64,000 nucleotides of DNA. Source: Octopus sinensis (Eukaryota). Under the pieces are notes generated by a model. The model made no database searches, was not told where the DNA came from, and saw only the letters and a list, made by a program, of their open reading frames with translations. Where the stretch lies: assembly GCF_006345805.1 (NCBI RefSeq), contig NC_043000.1, positions 153,450,001-153,514,000 on the forward strand, in the 5' to 3' direction. Both the position numbers and the translations under genes were made by a program. Position 1 is the first letter of the stretch. Every line of letters starts with the position of its first letter. Positions 52,897 through 64,000 of this stretch are shown in pieces.

Positions 52897-53026
52897 ACTT
52901 CCAATCTAAAAAATCAAAATTTTAAAATAAAAAATAATACTTTTAAATAATTAAAGTATAAATGAAAAATATAAGTATATAATCCATATAACCTATATAT
53001 AATCCATATCGAAAATATAGATTAAT

Positions 53027-54580
53027 TACCACGAATTCCCTAAAAAAACCATGATAAAACAAAACTCTTAAACATATAACGATAAAATCTCCCTTTGCTA
53101 AACTCTATAACAAACCTATAAAGTAAACCCCTAACAAAAACATTCACACACAAATACACACACGTAAACCACAGACTCACGACTTATACACATACCTATA
53201 CTAACTTTAAAACCTCAATATACACCAAAACCCACTCCCTCCCCACACAGACAAATTAACACATACATCCCAAAACCTAAATAACAAACCCATATACACA
53301 TTCATTCACACACACAAACCACACTCACACGCAAAACACTCACACACAAAAGATACATATACTCCCTCACATATACGCCTATACATAATCACTAAACTCG
53401 ACATATACAACAAACTTACACACCCACAAAAAAATTATATCCATTTATGAGCTTTAATCACCTTAGCATCTCTAACATCAACTTGCAGTAACCCAATCCC
53501 ATTCTCTATGCCTACCTCACTACTACACTATTCCATTCACATTCCAAGCAACGCTAGTCCACCACCCGGTTATTCACGTGCAAAACGAACACCACTCAAA
53601 ATTATGAATGAAACAATGTAAAAAATAACCAACACCTAAAATAGACAAAATACCACGAATTACCTAAAAAAACCATGATAAACCAAAACTCATAAAAGCA
53701 TATAACGATAAAATCTCCCTTTGCTAAACCCTATAACAAACTTATATAGCAATCCCCCTAACCTAAACATTCACACACAAAAAACCCACACGTAAACCAC
53801 AGACCCAAGACTTATACACAAACCTATACTAACTTATAAACCTCAATATACACCAAAAACCACTCCCTCCCCACACAGACAAATTAACACATACATCCCA
53901 AATCCTAAATAACAACCCAAATACACATTCACACACAAACACACACACACGCAAAACACACACACACAACAGATACATATGCTCCCTCACATATACGCAT
54001 ATACATACTCACTAAAACTCGATATATACAACAATATTTACACCCACACTCATACAGATAAATAAATTAATTATACAATTAAAAACTCACAACCAATCTC
54101 ATATACATAAACACTCTATGAAAACAACAATAAATACATCGTAATTAACCAGAATATCAAAAATAACATTATGACATAAGGATAAATCAAATACATACTT
54201 ACAATTCAGTTACAAATTATGAAGTGAAATTAGATTCTTAGCCGTTAAAAAACCAAACAAAATTACGTTACCATGGAAATAACTAATGTAAAAAAAGAAT
54301 ACGCGCCATAGAAAGTAAACGTCATTCATAGTATGAATGGAGAAATATAATAATGGAACTAAAACTATTTCCACGTAGCAAACCAACGCTACTTAAAAAA
54401 AATTTATTATGAATGGATTCTTTAAAAACTATCATGAAAAATCAATAATATACATTTATGAGCTTTAGCTCACCCTAGCAACTCTAACAAACAACTTACA
54501 GTAACCCATACTCAATGCCTACCTCATTACCACCCTAATCCATTCACAATTCCAAGCAAACTAGTCCACCACCCGGTTAC
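53027..54580. repeat. Tandem duplication with a period of about 625 bp; copy 2 carries about 390 bp of extra sequence
   Basis: TACCACGAATT at 53027 and 53651; CCACTCCCTCCCCACACAGAC at 53232 and 53860; CATTTATGAGCTTT...CCACCACCCGGTTA at about 53442 and 54453. Confidence 0.85.
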
Positions 54581-55871
54581 AATTCCCAACTCTACCCATT
54601 CATTCACAATTTCAACGACGTTCCCTTCAACAACTCTACATATAAGCCTCAACATATACACCGAGATACACTTACACATCCGTACGGATGGGTGAGAGTA
54701 TACATTAAGGGTAGTGATGGGGCTCCCATTTCTAACACATTTGTACCTGTGTGGTAGTCTCCATGTGTATATTCACGCACGGGTATAAATACAGGGGTAC
54801 ACACGCTCACTTCATTTACGTGTACCCCTCACATGTACATATGCATACTATTTTGGCTCGATATATGCAACAATGTAATCGCGCCCGTATGTGTGAGCAT
54901 TCACTGGTTGTGCAATTCACCCATCCTGTGTGATTGTGTGTAAACTTATCACTGTGGAGGTCGAGCTTGATACGTATATATTAGTGTGTATTAGGGGTTG
55001 TACGTACTAATTATGTTCATGTGCTTCACGCACTTGCGTCCATGTATGGAAGAATATATTGGGATTACTATGTAGGTGTAAATAGGGTATGAGGGAGTTT
55101 TGTCATTGTATGGGTGTGGGTTTCATTTGTGATGGTGGTTAGTTGGTGATTATTAGTATGTTCTGTATATTAGGGCTAGTATGTATTATTCAAGTGTGTA
55201 TAATTGTATACATATAATTGGTGTGAATGGGATTAACTCCCATTTTTTTTTTTTTTTTTTTTTTTTAGGGATGTATGTGTTTATTTATCCATGTGGGGCT
55301 GGAGTGGCCGTTAGGTACATATGCTAAGGCTCACATGCAAACCCAAGTACAACAAATGAAGTGGGCACTTATATTGTTATGGGTGTGTACTTTATTATAA
55401 AAGACAATACCCAAATAAAATCTGTCAATTCAACATACAAATAAAAAACAAAAAACAAAGGGATCTTAAACATTCACACATACATACAAAACTCATAAAA
55501 ACACCACTAAATAACACCCAAAAACATATAAATATATCCTCAAAATACATATAACAAATGCAAAATAAATACATAATAAAATAAAATAAATAAAAATAAA
55601 AATAAAAAAAAAAAATAAAAAAAAAAAAAAAAAATAAAAAAAAAAAAAGAAATAAAAAAATCTAATATAAATTATTAAAGTTTTAACGTACCATAACACT
55701 GCTAAATTAATATACATTAAAAATGAACTAATTAAAACAAAGAAATATCAATAAAAGACTACTATAATTAAATCCTAGACAACATAACCAAAAATATATC
55801 ATCTAAACTAATTTAAACTAAACTAAAATATCCTAAAAGGGACTATTAATTGCTATTTATCATGAAACTTA

Positions 55872-57950
55872 TTATATAAGTAAAGTACTGTGTCTACATT
55901 TTATTTTGCGCTCCTCCCCAGTATTAAGTAAATTATCATACTTATAAAATAAAATTTCTTTAAACTCATTAGAGCATAATAACAACAATTAGCTCCTATA
56001 TTATATGATTTAGTTTTACAAATTATTTCCCATATTAAACTAAAATATAATTATATTTAGTGATTTAAGACTCCAAATATACTTACTAAGTCCGGTTGAG
56101 TTGTTAAGTTTTATTTTTAAAAGAATTCATATGTTGTGCAATTCTTAGTTTTATTTTTGAGGAAGTAGAACCTATATAAACCGCTTTTGTGTAATTATTA
56201 TTCTTAAAGTTATTATCATGTAATGTAACTATACATTTATACACTACATCGTTAATATCACAATTATTATTTAATATACAATTAGATTTATCTCTACATG
56301 TACAATTAATATAAGTCTTATCATTATTAATATTATTATCAAATAATTTCTTTTTATAAAAATTATTCAGTTTATATTATTAAATGAAGAAATAATGTTA
56401 CCAACATTATTAGTGGTAGAGTAACCAACTCCAATTATTAAAAGAGAAAATGTTTCTATATTTACGATTATCTCTAATAAATAGTTCTATAACATCTAAA
56501 ATCTCTTTAATAATATTCGTTTTAACTTGATCTCCATAAGGAACTATTAACCAAATTTTATTCTTATTACCTTATTATTATATCATTATTATAAATATAT
56601 TTATAATTCTTATTTTATTAAAATTATTATCAGAATTATATCTATGTACAGCATTTAAGGAATTATTAATATTATTAAATTTATCAATATAATTATTATA
56701 ATAATTATTAAATTTATTTTTATTTATATTATTCTTATTTATATTATTATTATATTTATTATTATTATTATTATTCTTTATATTTTTATCATTTTTTATT
56801 ATTTTTTTTATAATATCTATTATTTTTACCACTAAACGTAACAAATTATAATTATTATTAGAAGTATCTCGAAAATTATCATTTAAATCATTATCGCTAA
56901 TATTATAAAATTTAATATTCTTATTATACCTGCCCCTCTAAGGGCCTCATTATAATAATTAGCATGTTTATTAAAAATCTCTATATCATAAGAGAGTAAT
57001 GAAATACGTTTACTTATATTATTAATCAACGATTTTTTAATAGAAAATGGGTGATTACTATTACATTATATATCTAAGTTCTCATTAAGTTTATGATATG
57101 GTTGTGTTTTACCTGTAATAAGATTAAAATTAACATCTAAATAATTAACATTATAATTCTCCTTATATATAGTAATACGTAAACCATATCTTTTAAAGAA
57201 ACTATATAGTTTTTTCTTATATACTTCTAGATTCCTATTAGTACAATTCTTGTAACTAGTAGAAGATCGTCTCTATATAAACCACCCTCTATCTTAGATT
57301 TTCTAATTGGAGTTCAGATAAAGAAAAAATACCTACTAAATCAGTAGCCTGTGCAGAATCTGGTGCTCCCATAGGTATATCAAAACAATCTCTAGTATCA
57401 TTCCTAGCCCATAATTTATTTTTATATTTAATTAGCGATTCCTAGCCAATTTAATTACATTAACTTCTTCCCGTGACATGCCCACTTTATTCATTGCGAA
57501 AATAAGCGCTTTATTAACACAATTTCATTAATAGAAGAATAATAATTATCTATATCTATTTGAATAAATTTATAACGATTTTATCTTTAATATTATTAAA
57601 CCATTTCAATGTATTATTATTACTAAACATAATTTTAAATAATTAAGTTTATTTACTTATCAATATATTATCTAAAATAAATTTACTTAATTTACCTAGG
57701 TCCGATTTACATGGTCAATTAATCTAACTTTAGGGTCTGAATAAAAAATATCTTTATGGTCTTTAAGAGTAATTCTGGGGTGCAAAGGTACATAAGGTTC
57801 AGTTTTATTATCCAACTCATATTTTAACATACTACTTTAGAGGCCTTATTAATATTATAAAATATCATCTGGAACAATTTTATATTTTTTAATTATTTCT
57901 TTCCCTATAGTTTTATCATTTAATTTAACATCTAATTATATAAGTTCCTT
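55872..57950 (-). pseudogene. PLE reverse transcriptase + GIY-YIG endonuclease ORF, frameshifted
   Basis: Minus-strand motifs in order: RITLKDHKDIFYSDPKVRLI; KFIQIDIDNYYSSI; CFDIPMGAPDSAQATDLVG (from 57387); GGLYRDD (YRDD 57277-57266); VNYLDVNFNL; SNHP; CTCRDKSNCILNNNCDINDVVYK; VYIGST (YIG 56178-56170); STGLSKYIW; CLLC..E; KCRH; stop at 55872. Confidence 0.9.
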
Positions 57951-57961
57951 GTGTGTATATG

Positions 57962-57993
<32 letters not shown>

Positions 57994-58135
57994 TTATGAT
58001 ATGTATGTATGTATGTATATAAATATATATAATATATATATATATGTATGTGTATGTGTGTATGTATGTATGTATGTATGTATGTATGTATGTATGTATG
58101 TATGTATGTATATAAATATATATATATATATGCAC
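57951..58135. repeat. (TATG)n/(TA)n microsatellite at the PLE 5' junction
   Basis: Direct sequence. Confidence 0.9.
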
Positions 58136-58539
58136 ATACATATCAGTATATGAACACTTGCCTACATTTTCCTGTATCCAATATTGCTAATTTACGAGCA
58201 TTTCTGAATTAGGCTTTCACACAGCTATAGTTTTTCAATCTTGAATTGCTAAGTTTTTTTGTTTTTTTTATATTTTTTAGCTTCCAAGTTTTACACTTGT
58301 TCATTATTTCTCTACTGCAATGCAACACTTCATTTCCATTTTTCCGTCTTTTCTCCTCATTTATTAATTTTATTTTTACTAAATCCTTGATTGGCTACAA
58401 TTAATTACATGCATCGTTTGAAGATTTCTTGGGCGTTTATACATTTCGTTACAATCTCTCTCTCCTTTTTTTTGTGAAGAATGGTTAATATTTAGATATA
58501 ATTTCTACAGAGTGTATCGCAATATTAGTATTATCGAAG

Positions 58540-58945
58540 ACAGCGAACTGGCAGAACTGTTAGCCCGCCAGTCGAAATGCCTAGCGGTATTTTGTCTGCC
58601 GTTACGTTCTGAGTTCAAATTCCGCCGAGGTCGACTTTGCCTTTCATCCTTTCGGGGTCGATAAATTAAGTACCTGTTACGCACTGGGGTCGATCTAATC
58701 GACTTAATCCGTTTGTCTATCCTTGTTTGTCCCCTCTATGTTTAGCCCCTTGTGGGCAATAAAGAAATAAGAATAGTTAGCACGCAGGGCAAAATACCGA
58801 GCGGCATTTCGTCCGTCTTTAAGTTCCAAGTTCAAATTCTGCCGAAGCCAACTTTGCCTTTCATCCTTCCGACGCCGATAAAATAAGTACCAGTTGAGCA
58901 TCCATCCCGAACTTGTTAGCCTTGTGACAAAACTTGAAACCAATA
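58540..58945 (+). mobile_element. Compound SINE family B: young copy (to about 58770) followed by an old-copy remainder
   Basis: The tail AAGAAATA runs into AGAATAGTTAGCACG of a second core. Confidence 0.8.
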
Positions 58946-58959
58946 TCAGTATTATCTAA

Positions 58960-59520
58960 TGACATAATTCTCCTCTTCACTGAAAGAGTGAACACTCCCA
59001 CATTTTCACTTTTGTCTTCACTTTAATACGAGTATGACATAATTGTCAACTTCCATTTTAATCTAAATATCTCTGTTGAACTTTTATAAGAGACTATCCT
59101 TAATACAACTCTTACTTACAGCGGGAAAAATATATAAATTATTCATGAAAATTAGGTTACTGAATCCTTCTCAACTTAGCTGGCCCTTTTGTATATGTCA
59201 AAGGAGTCCCTTCAACATAATTGAAGAAAATGAATCACCTTGAGAAACTCCCGTTTTTTTTATCTCACTTTCACTCGTCACATTTTACCACAGGATACTG
59301 ACATCCTCCATGATAGCATGGTGGTCTCAGTAATATTATATTCGTCATTAATATAGGGAAGTTTTAGGCATTCCAGTATTCAAGAACGGGAGATCATATG
59401 CCTTGAGGTACTTAATAATTATTACATCTTCTTGTTTATTACTTTCTGAAGCAGCAATCTGTCAATACATAGCAAACCACTCGTTTCCCAAGCTTTCCTT
59501 CAGTATTCTTTGTTTCTAGA
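58960..59520 (-). mobile_element. Decayed non-LTR reverse transcriptase fragment (R4/Dong-like)
   Basis: Minus strand: KAYD../ILECL, KTGVSQGDSFSSIML (QGD 59242-59234), SNLIFMNNLYIF (YMDD-like motif decayed). Confidence 0.55.
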
Positions 59521-59566
59521 AAGAAGAATATGTTATATCTATACATGCATATACAACAAATGCTCC

Positions 59567-59600
<34 letters not shown>

Positions 59601-59603
59601 TAT

Positions 59604-59634
<31 letters not shown>

Positions 59635-59858
59635 ATCTTACATTGCTTATAACTTTACATCTGGATGGACTCATATTAAACTCTGTTGGACTTTACTCGA
59701 AGGATATTGGAATATTCCACATATATACCATTATGCCTATAAAACGGATTTATGAACTCAATAACCATACATATCTTACACCTATTTTCTTTCCTCCACC
59801 TCACTTTCTATTTGTATCACATCGAAACTAACTATGTCTTAATTTTTCCTCTCACACC

Positions 59859-59910
59859 GTCTCCGATGAAGGAATATTATTAATTAATATCCTAGAAACA
59901 GCTGTAAGAC
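59859..59910 (+). ncRNA. Minimal hammerhead-like motif with one core substitution, in a PLE-like 3' fragment (about 59635-59972)
   Basis: GTCT CCGATGA AGGA..TCCT A GAAA CAGCTG TA AGAC; U4 is replaced by C; perfect palindrome ACAGCTGT; the fragment lies between (TA)n and (CA)n. Confidence 0.6.
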
Positions 59911-59980
59911 CTATTTATAAATGCTCTAATATCTATACAGCCTTGGTTTTTTATCTTATTACGCAAAAAATTCATACACA

Positions 59981-60033
<53 letters not shown>

Positions 60034-60214
60034 TTTATCGGATGAAAGTATATTCGTCCTTTCATTGGAATTTTGTCATTAGATTTCTTTATACTTTACT
60101 TTCGAATTTTTTACTTAAAAAATCGTATAGGTATGAAAGTTTGTATAGAAATAATCAGTATATGACTTAACATATTAAACAAAGTTCAACAAATTCATCC
60201 ATATATATATATAA

Positions 60215-60283
<69 letters not shown>

Positions 60284-60775
60284 GTGTGTGTGTATGTATG
60301 TATGTATGTATGTATGTATGTATGTATGTATGTATAGTTTTATCATATTTTTAGCCTCGTCAGTAATTTCTCAACAATACTGTTTGGATGATTGTATTTT
60401 TTCTATTCACATCACTTTTCATCTTTGTCATCAACAGTAAGAATTGTTCTCCGTTTTGTCACCTGTTATATATGACATAGCAGTTATGCATAGGTCAAGG
60501 TGCACTGGTTACTACAGGTGTGTGTGTGTGTATGTGGGTGCAGATGAAGTGTAGGCAAATGATTAAGTATACACCGCACACACACACGCACACACATGCA
60601 CACTGACGACGAATAGATTCTTCAAGGCGGTAGCCTAGCATGGCCACAGCCCAATGATAAAAAGAAGTATGAAAGATATAGAATAAACGAACATCTTTCA
60701 CTTGTCTTTGGACAGCATTCATGCTAGGGAACGCCTTAAAAGGGTTTAAATCCATACTTATTTTTCTTTAACACC

Positions 60776-61072
60776 AGGTACTTTTTGTATCCGTCGCTTT
60801 TGCCGAAGCACTAAGTTACGAGTATGTAGAGAAATCAACTCCAGTTGTCAAGCAATGGGTAGGGACAAACATAAACACAAACACAAAGATTCACATACAT
60901 AAATATATACGATGGGCTTTTTTCAGTTTCCGTCTACCATATCCACTCATAAGGCATTTGTTGGCACAGGGCTTAGTAGAAGACACTTGCCCAAGGTGCT
61001 GCGTTAAGGACCTGAACCCGGAAGCACGTGACTACGAAGCAAACGTCGTACCACACAGCCACGTCTGCACCT
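60776..61072 (-). mobile_element. Diverged SINE family A copy
   Basis: TTTCAGTTTCCGTCTACC...GAAGACACTTGCCCAAGG...ACCACACAGCCAC. Confidence 0.75.
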
Positions 61073-61974
61073 ATAAAATTGTTTTCTCTTATATTTGTTC
61101 TAGCTATACTGGAAAATATGTGTAACCCTCACTGACATCAGGAGTGTCGTCATATACAAAAATGAAGATCATTATTGGGGTGTCACTGTGTTGTGTATAG
61201 AGTTAGAATTATTTTGTGGAGTGTTATTTCAAGTTCTTTCATATAGGCATAAATAATAGGCAACTATAAGGCTTCGTTTCTTAAAAAGGAAAATATAAAA
61301 AACGGTAAAAATTTCAATTCAATCTCTATCCCAATTCAGTATTGTTGTTTGTGTCAGCGCCGTGCTTGAGGTTCACAGCATTCAAAATTCTAATGTAAAA
61401 GCTTGTCATTTTTTAAACATTTTGTGTTTAGATTTATACATATATCTGGTGTATCGATTCGCTTTTTGGAGTAAAATACTGGAGAATTTAATCTCACAAG
61501 CTTTTATGCAAAGTGGCATGCTTTGCGATCCTTATCAAGAAATTTTATCATGCTGACAGCCCAGCATTGTTAGAATACTTGCATAAAATATTATAAACCA
61601 TGAGCAATTGTTTTTGTAGCCTTGGAAAATCTGCTGAATGACTTTACGCCGTTCGTTCTTTCAGAGTGAGTAAAACTTGTTGACGTGAATGTATTGATAG
61701 TGAATTTCGAAAAAACCCTTAAAGAAAATTATGCTTGCTCTACAAGCGATTACATTAGCTATTTCTAGCGTTTTTAGAGTATTTTCCGCCGTCCATGATA
61801 CATTAATAAATCTTCAATTGCTTTGAGATTTTTTGCAAACAATTCGCAGAGGCAAATGTTCCCAGTTGAAAGTTCCGCATACCGGACGCTAGCAAGTTTA
61901 TGGGGTCATCAGGAGAGAATGCACGCTGTTTTGAGGCCTATCTCTCGACGGCATCATTGTGCACCGGCTCCACC

Positions 61975-62060
61975 GCACTCATTGTCTCTTTTTAACCAAA
62001 TCAAGTGGCTTGCCTTTTCCACTGTAGTTTGGATATCTCTCATAATGGTACTTGCATGAC
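61975..62060 (-). mobile_element. Possible C-terminus of an RLE-type non-LTR element (HERO-like)
   Basis: Minus strand TIMRDIQTTVEKASHLIWLKRD resembles remembered AE(R/K)AS.W.WL.R endings; short and unverified. Confidence 0.3.
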
Positions 62061-62534
62061 TTTTACAGCTAAATTATTTTAATTTCTTGAGTTTGCTCAG
62101 TTTTTCAAATGGGAGTTTAATTTAAGGATGAATTATGTGTATGGTCTTAAGTAATTAAAATCTTCCCCTTAAAATTAGCATTTTATTTTGATGACCTTTA
62201 AACAGAGTTCCTGGATCTTTCAAGCACATCTCCAATTAAATCCATCGTGACTGCATTCAAGAGTTATTTTCAGTGATTAACGCGAGTTACGAAGGAATAA
62301 CGGGAATAGCGAGTTAACTTTCAAATCACAATATGCAATAACATCTATATTTGATAATGCTGATGGGGAATAATACGATGTTTTTTTTTTAAATTCCGTT
62401 GTTCATGTTTTTGAACTTTTTTGTCCTTGCTAATCATCTATTCAATGCAAGAGATGTTATCCTGAAACACTTGCAGAATACTGTCTACTGGGAAAAAATG
62501 TCTTTCCTTAAGAGTCATACTCCATCAGACTCTT

Positions 62535-62837
62535 GTGGAGACACATGGCCTAGTGGTTAGAGCAGTGGACTCGCGGTCGAGGGATCGCGGGTTCGAATCT
62601 CAGACCAGGTGATGTGTGTGATTATGAGCGAAAACACCTAAGCTCCACGCGGCTCCGGCAGAAGGTAATGGTGAACTTCTGCTGACTCTTTCGCCACAAT
62701 TTTCTCTCACTCTTTCTTCCTACATCTTGCAGCTCACCTGCGACGGACCGGCGTCCCGTCCAGGTGGGGAACCTATGCGCCAAGGAAACCAGGAAACCGG
62801 CCTTTATGAGCCAGGCGTGGCTCGAGAAGGAACAAAC
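62535..62837 (+). mobile_element. tRNA-derived SINE, body 1 + tail X
   Basis: Close match to 10728-11029; imperfect 13-bp TSD CATCAGACTCTTG / CATTAGTCTCTTG. Confidence 0.9.
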
Positions 62838-63369
62838 ATTAGTCTCTTGGTTAAACTGCATTGTGACCTGCCATTCTTGTTCTCATATGGCGTATGTGCC
62901 ACACCGACATTTCTAGACACTTTAATCTGCCTTAATTTAAAGGAATTCATACACGGATACATGCATGTGTGGTGTGTGTGTGTGTGTGCGTGTGTACTCA
63001 TTTATATACTTGTGTAAGTATCTACGTATGTACTTATTTACGTATATGTGTACGTGAGCGTGTTTTATGTACAAGCATGCAGAAGTATTTATAGGGGTAT
63101 ATATACGTATTCCTGTGTATGCACTTTAACCTTCTATTTGATCTAAAATACAAACATCCCGAAGGAATTTATAATTTAATACAGAGCCTTTTGCTTGGAG
63201 ACGTACTTCTCTCTATCATTCACTTCTATTATTATTCGTTTTTTATCCTATGTATGTGTAGACGTATGTGAGTATGCGTATGTGCGTGTGAGTGTATCAC
63301 ACATGCACATGCAGACACACATACACACGCACACGTACACATACACACACATGGATACATATGAATGTA

Positions 63370-63371
63370 TG

Positions 63372-63455
<84 letters not shown>
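63370..63455. repeat. (TA)n microsatellite
   Basis: Direct sequence. Confidence 0.95.
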
Positions 63456-63457
<2 letters not shown>

Positions 63458-64000
63458 CAAATTTGAGGATAAAATTCTTTTCGAAAAAAAATATTTTCTC
63501 GAAAAACATTTCATCAATGGCCAGCATATTAAAAAAATACCTTTAACGGTTAAATTTATAAACAATTCATAAATGAGGGCAAAGGAAAAAATTTCTAATG
63601 CCAAATATGTCGAAAAATTGGACATATTGTCTATTAACCATATAATTTTTTCACAATACGCACGCTACTCGAAAAAAGATCGAAAGAAATTTCTAAAAAA
63701 TTCCACTATTACCATATCGGACCGATTTCAGAGTTAGCTACTAAGAGCCCTCTCTTCGTCAGTGATACATGTGGCAAAAGAAATATATGTATGTATGTAT
63801 GATATATTTGTGTAAATATGTGTGTATAGGTATGCGTATGCGTGTGTACATGTGTGAGTTGGTTTGTGTTTTTGTGTTTCTATAATTTATATGTTTCCAC
63901 CAAACTCTCAAAGACTTGAAGAATCCTAATTTCAGTTTGTTTCTGAAACACTCGAAAAATTCTTGTCGCAGTCGCAGTACATCCTTACCCGAATCATCAT

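Larger units (their letters stand above)
52770..57950 (-). mobile_element. Penelope-like retroelement (Naiad-type), 5'-truncated, with a long 3' region
   Basis: Decayed RT + GIY-YIG ORF, a hammerhead near the 3' end, and microsatellites at both junctions. Whether all of 52900-55870 belongs to one element is inferred. Confidence 0.75.

Noticed and set aside
55872-56330. Selenocysteine recoding, reported for some Naiad elements
   Set aside because: The cysteines in the CxCx5C and CxxC motifs are TGT/TGC, not TGA. A SECIS search of the 3' region was not possible by eye.
52900-57950. Mitochondrial insertion (control region plus 12S/16S rRNA), suggested by the AT-richness and strand skew
   Set aside because: No conserved rRNA or mitochondrial tRNA motifs were seen; the minus strand translates into ordered PLE RT and GIY-YIG motifs.

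Overview
This is repeat-saturated eukaryotic non-coding DNA, most likely from a coleoid cephalopod (Octopus-like). That assignment is inferred from the tRNA-derived SINE families and the very high microsatellite density, and is unverified. I found no convincing host protein-coding gene; nearly all supplied ORFs are microsatellite or SINE read-through. Contents: about 20 copies or fragments of one CORE-like SINE (family A), about 10 of a Deu/Nin-domain-like SINE (family B), five modular SINEs built from two bodies and three tails, three mariner relics, two related Helitron-like non-autonomous elements, and decayed LINE fragments. The main signal is a Penelope-like retroelement system. A 5'-truncated, frameshifted Naiad-type element (RT + GIY-YIG, about 52770-57950, minus strand) has a roughly 3-kb 3' region ending in an intact minimal hammerhead ribozyme. 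Five more sequence-distinct minimal hammerhead motifs lie near microsatellites, and one of them is folded into a perfect 54-bp inverted repeat. All structures and translations were read by eye, so boundaries are approximate.
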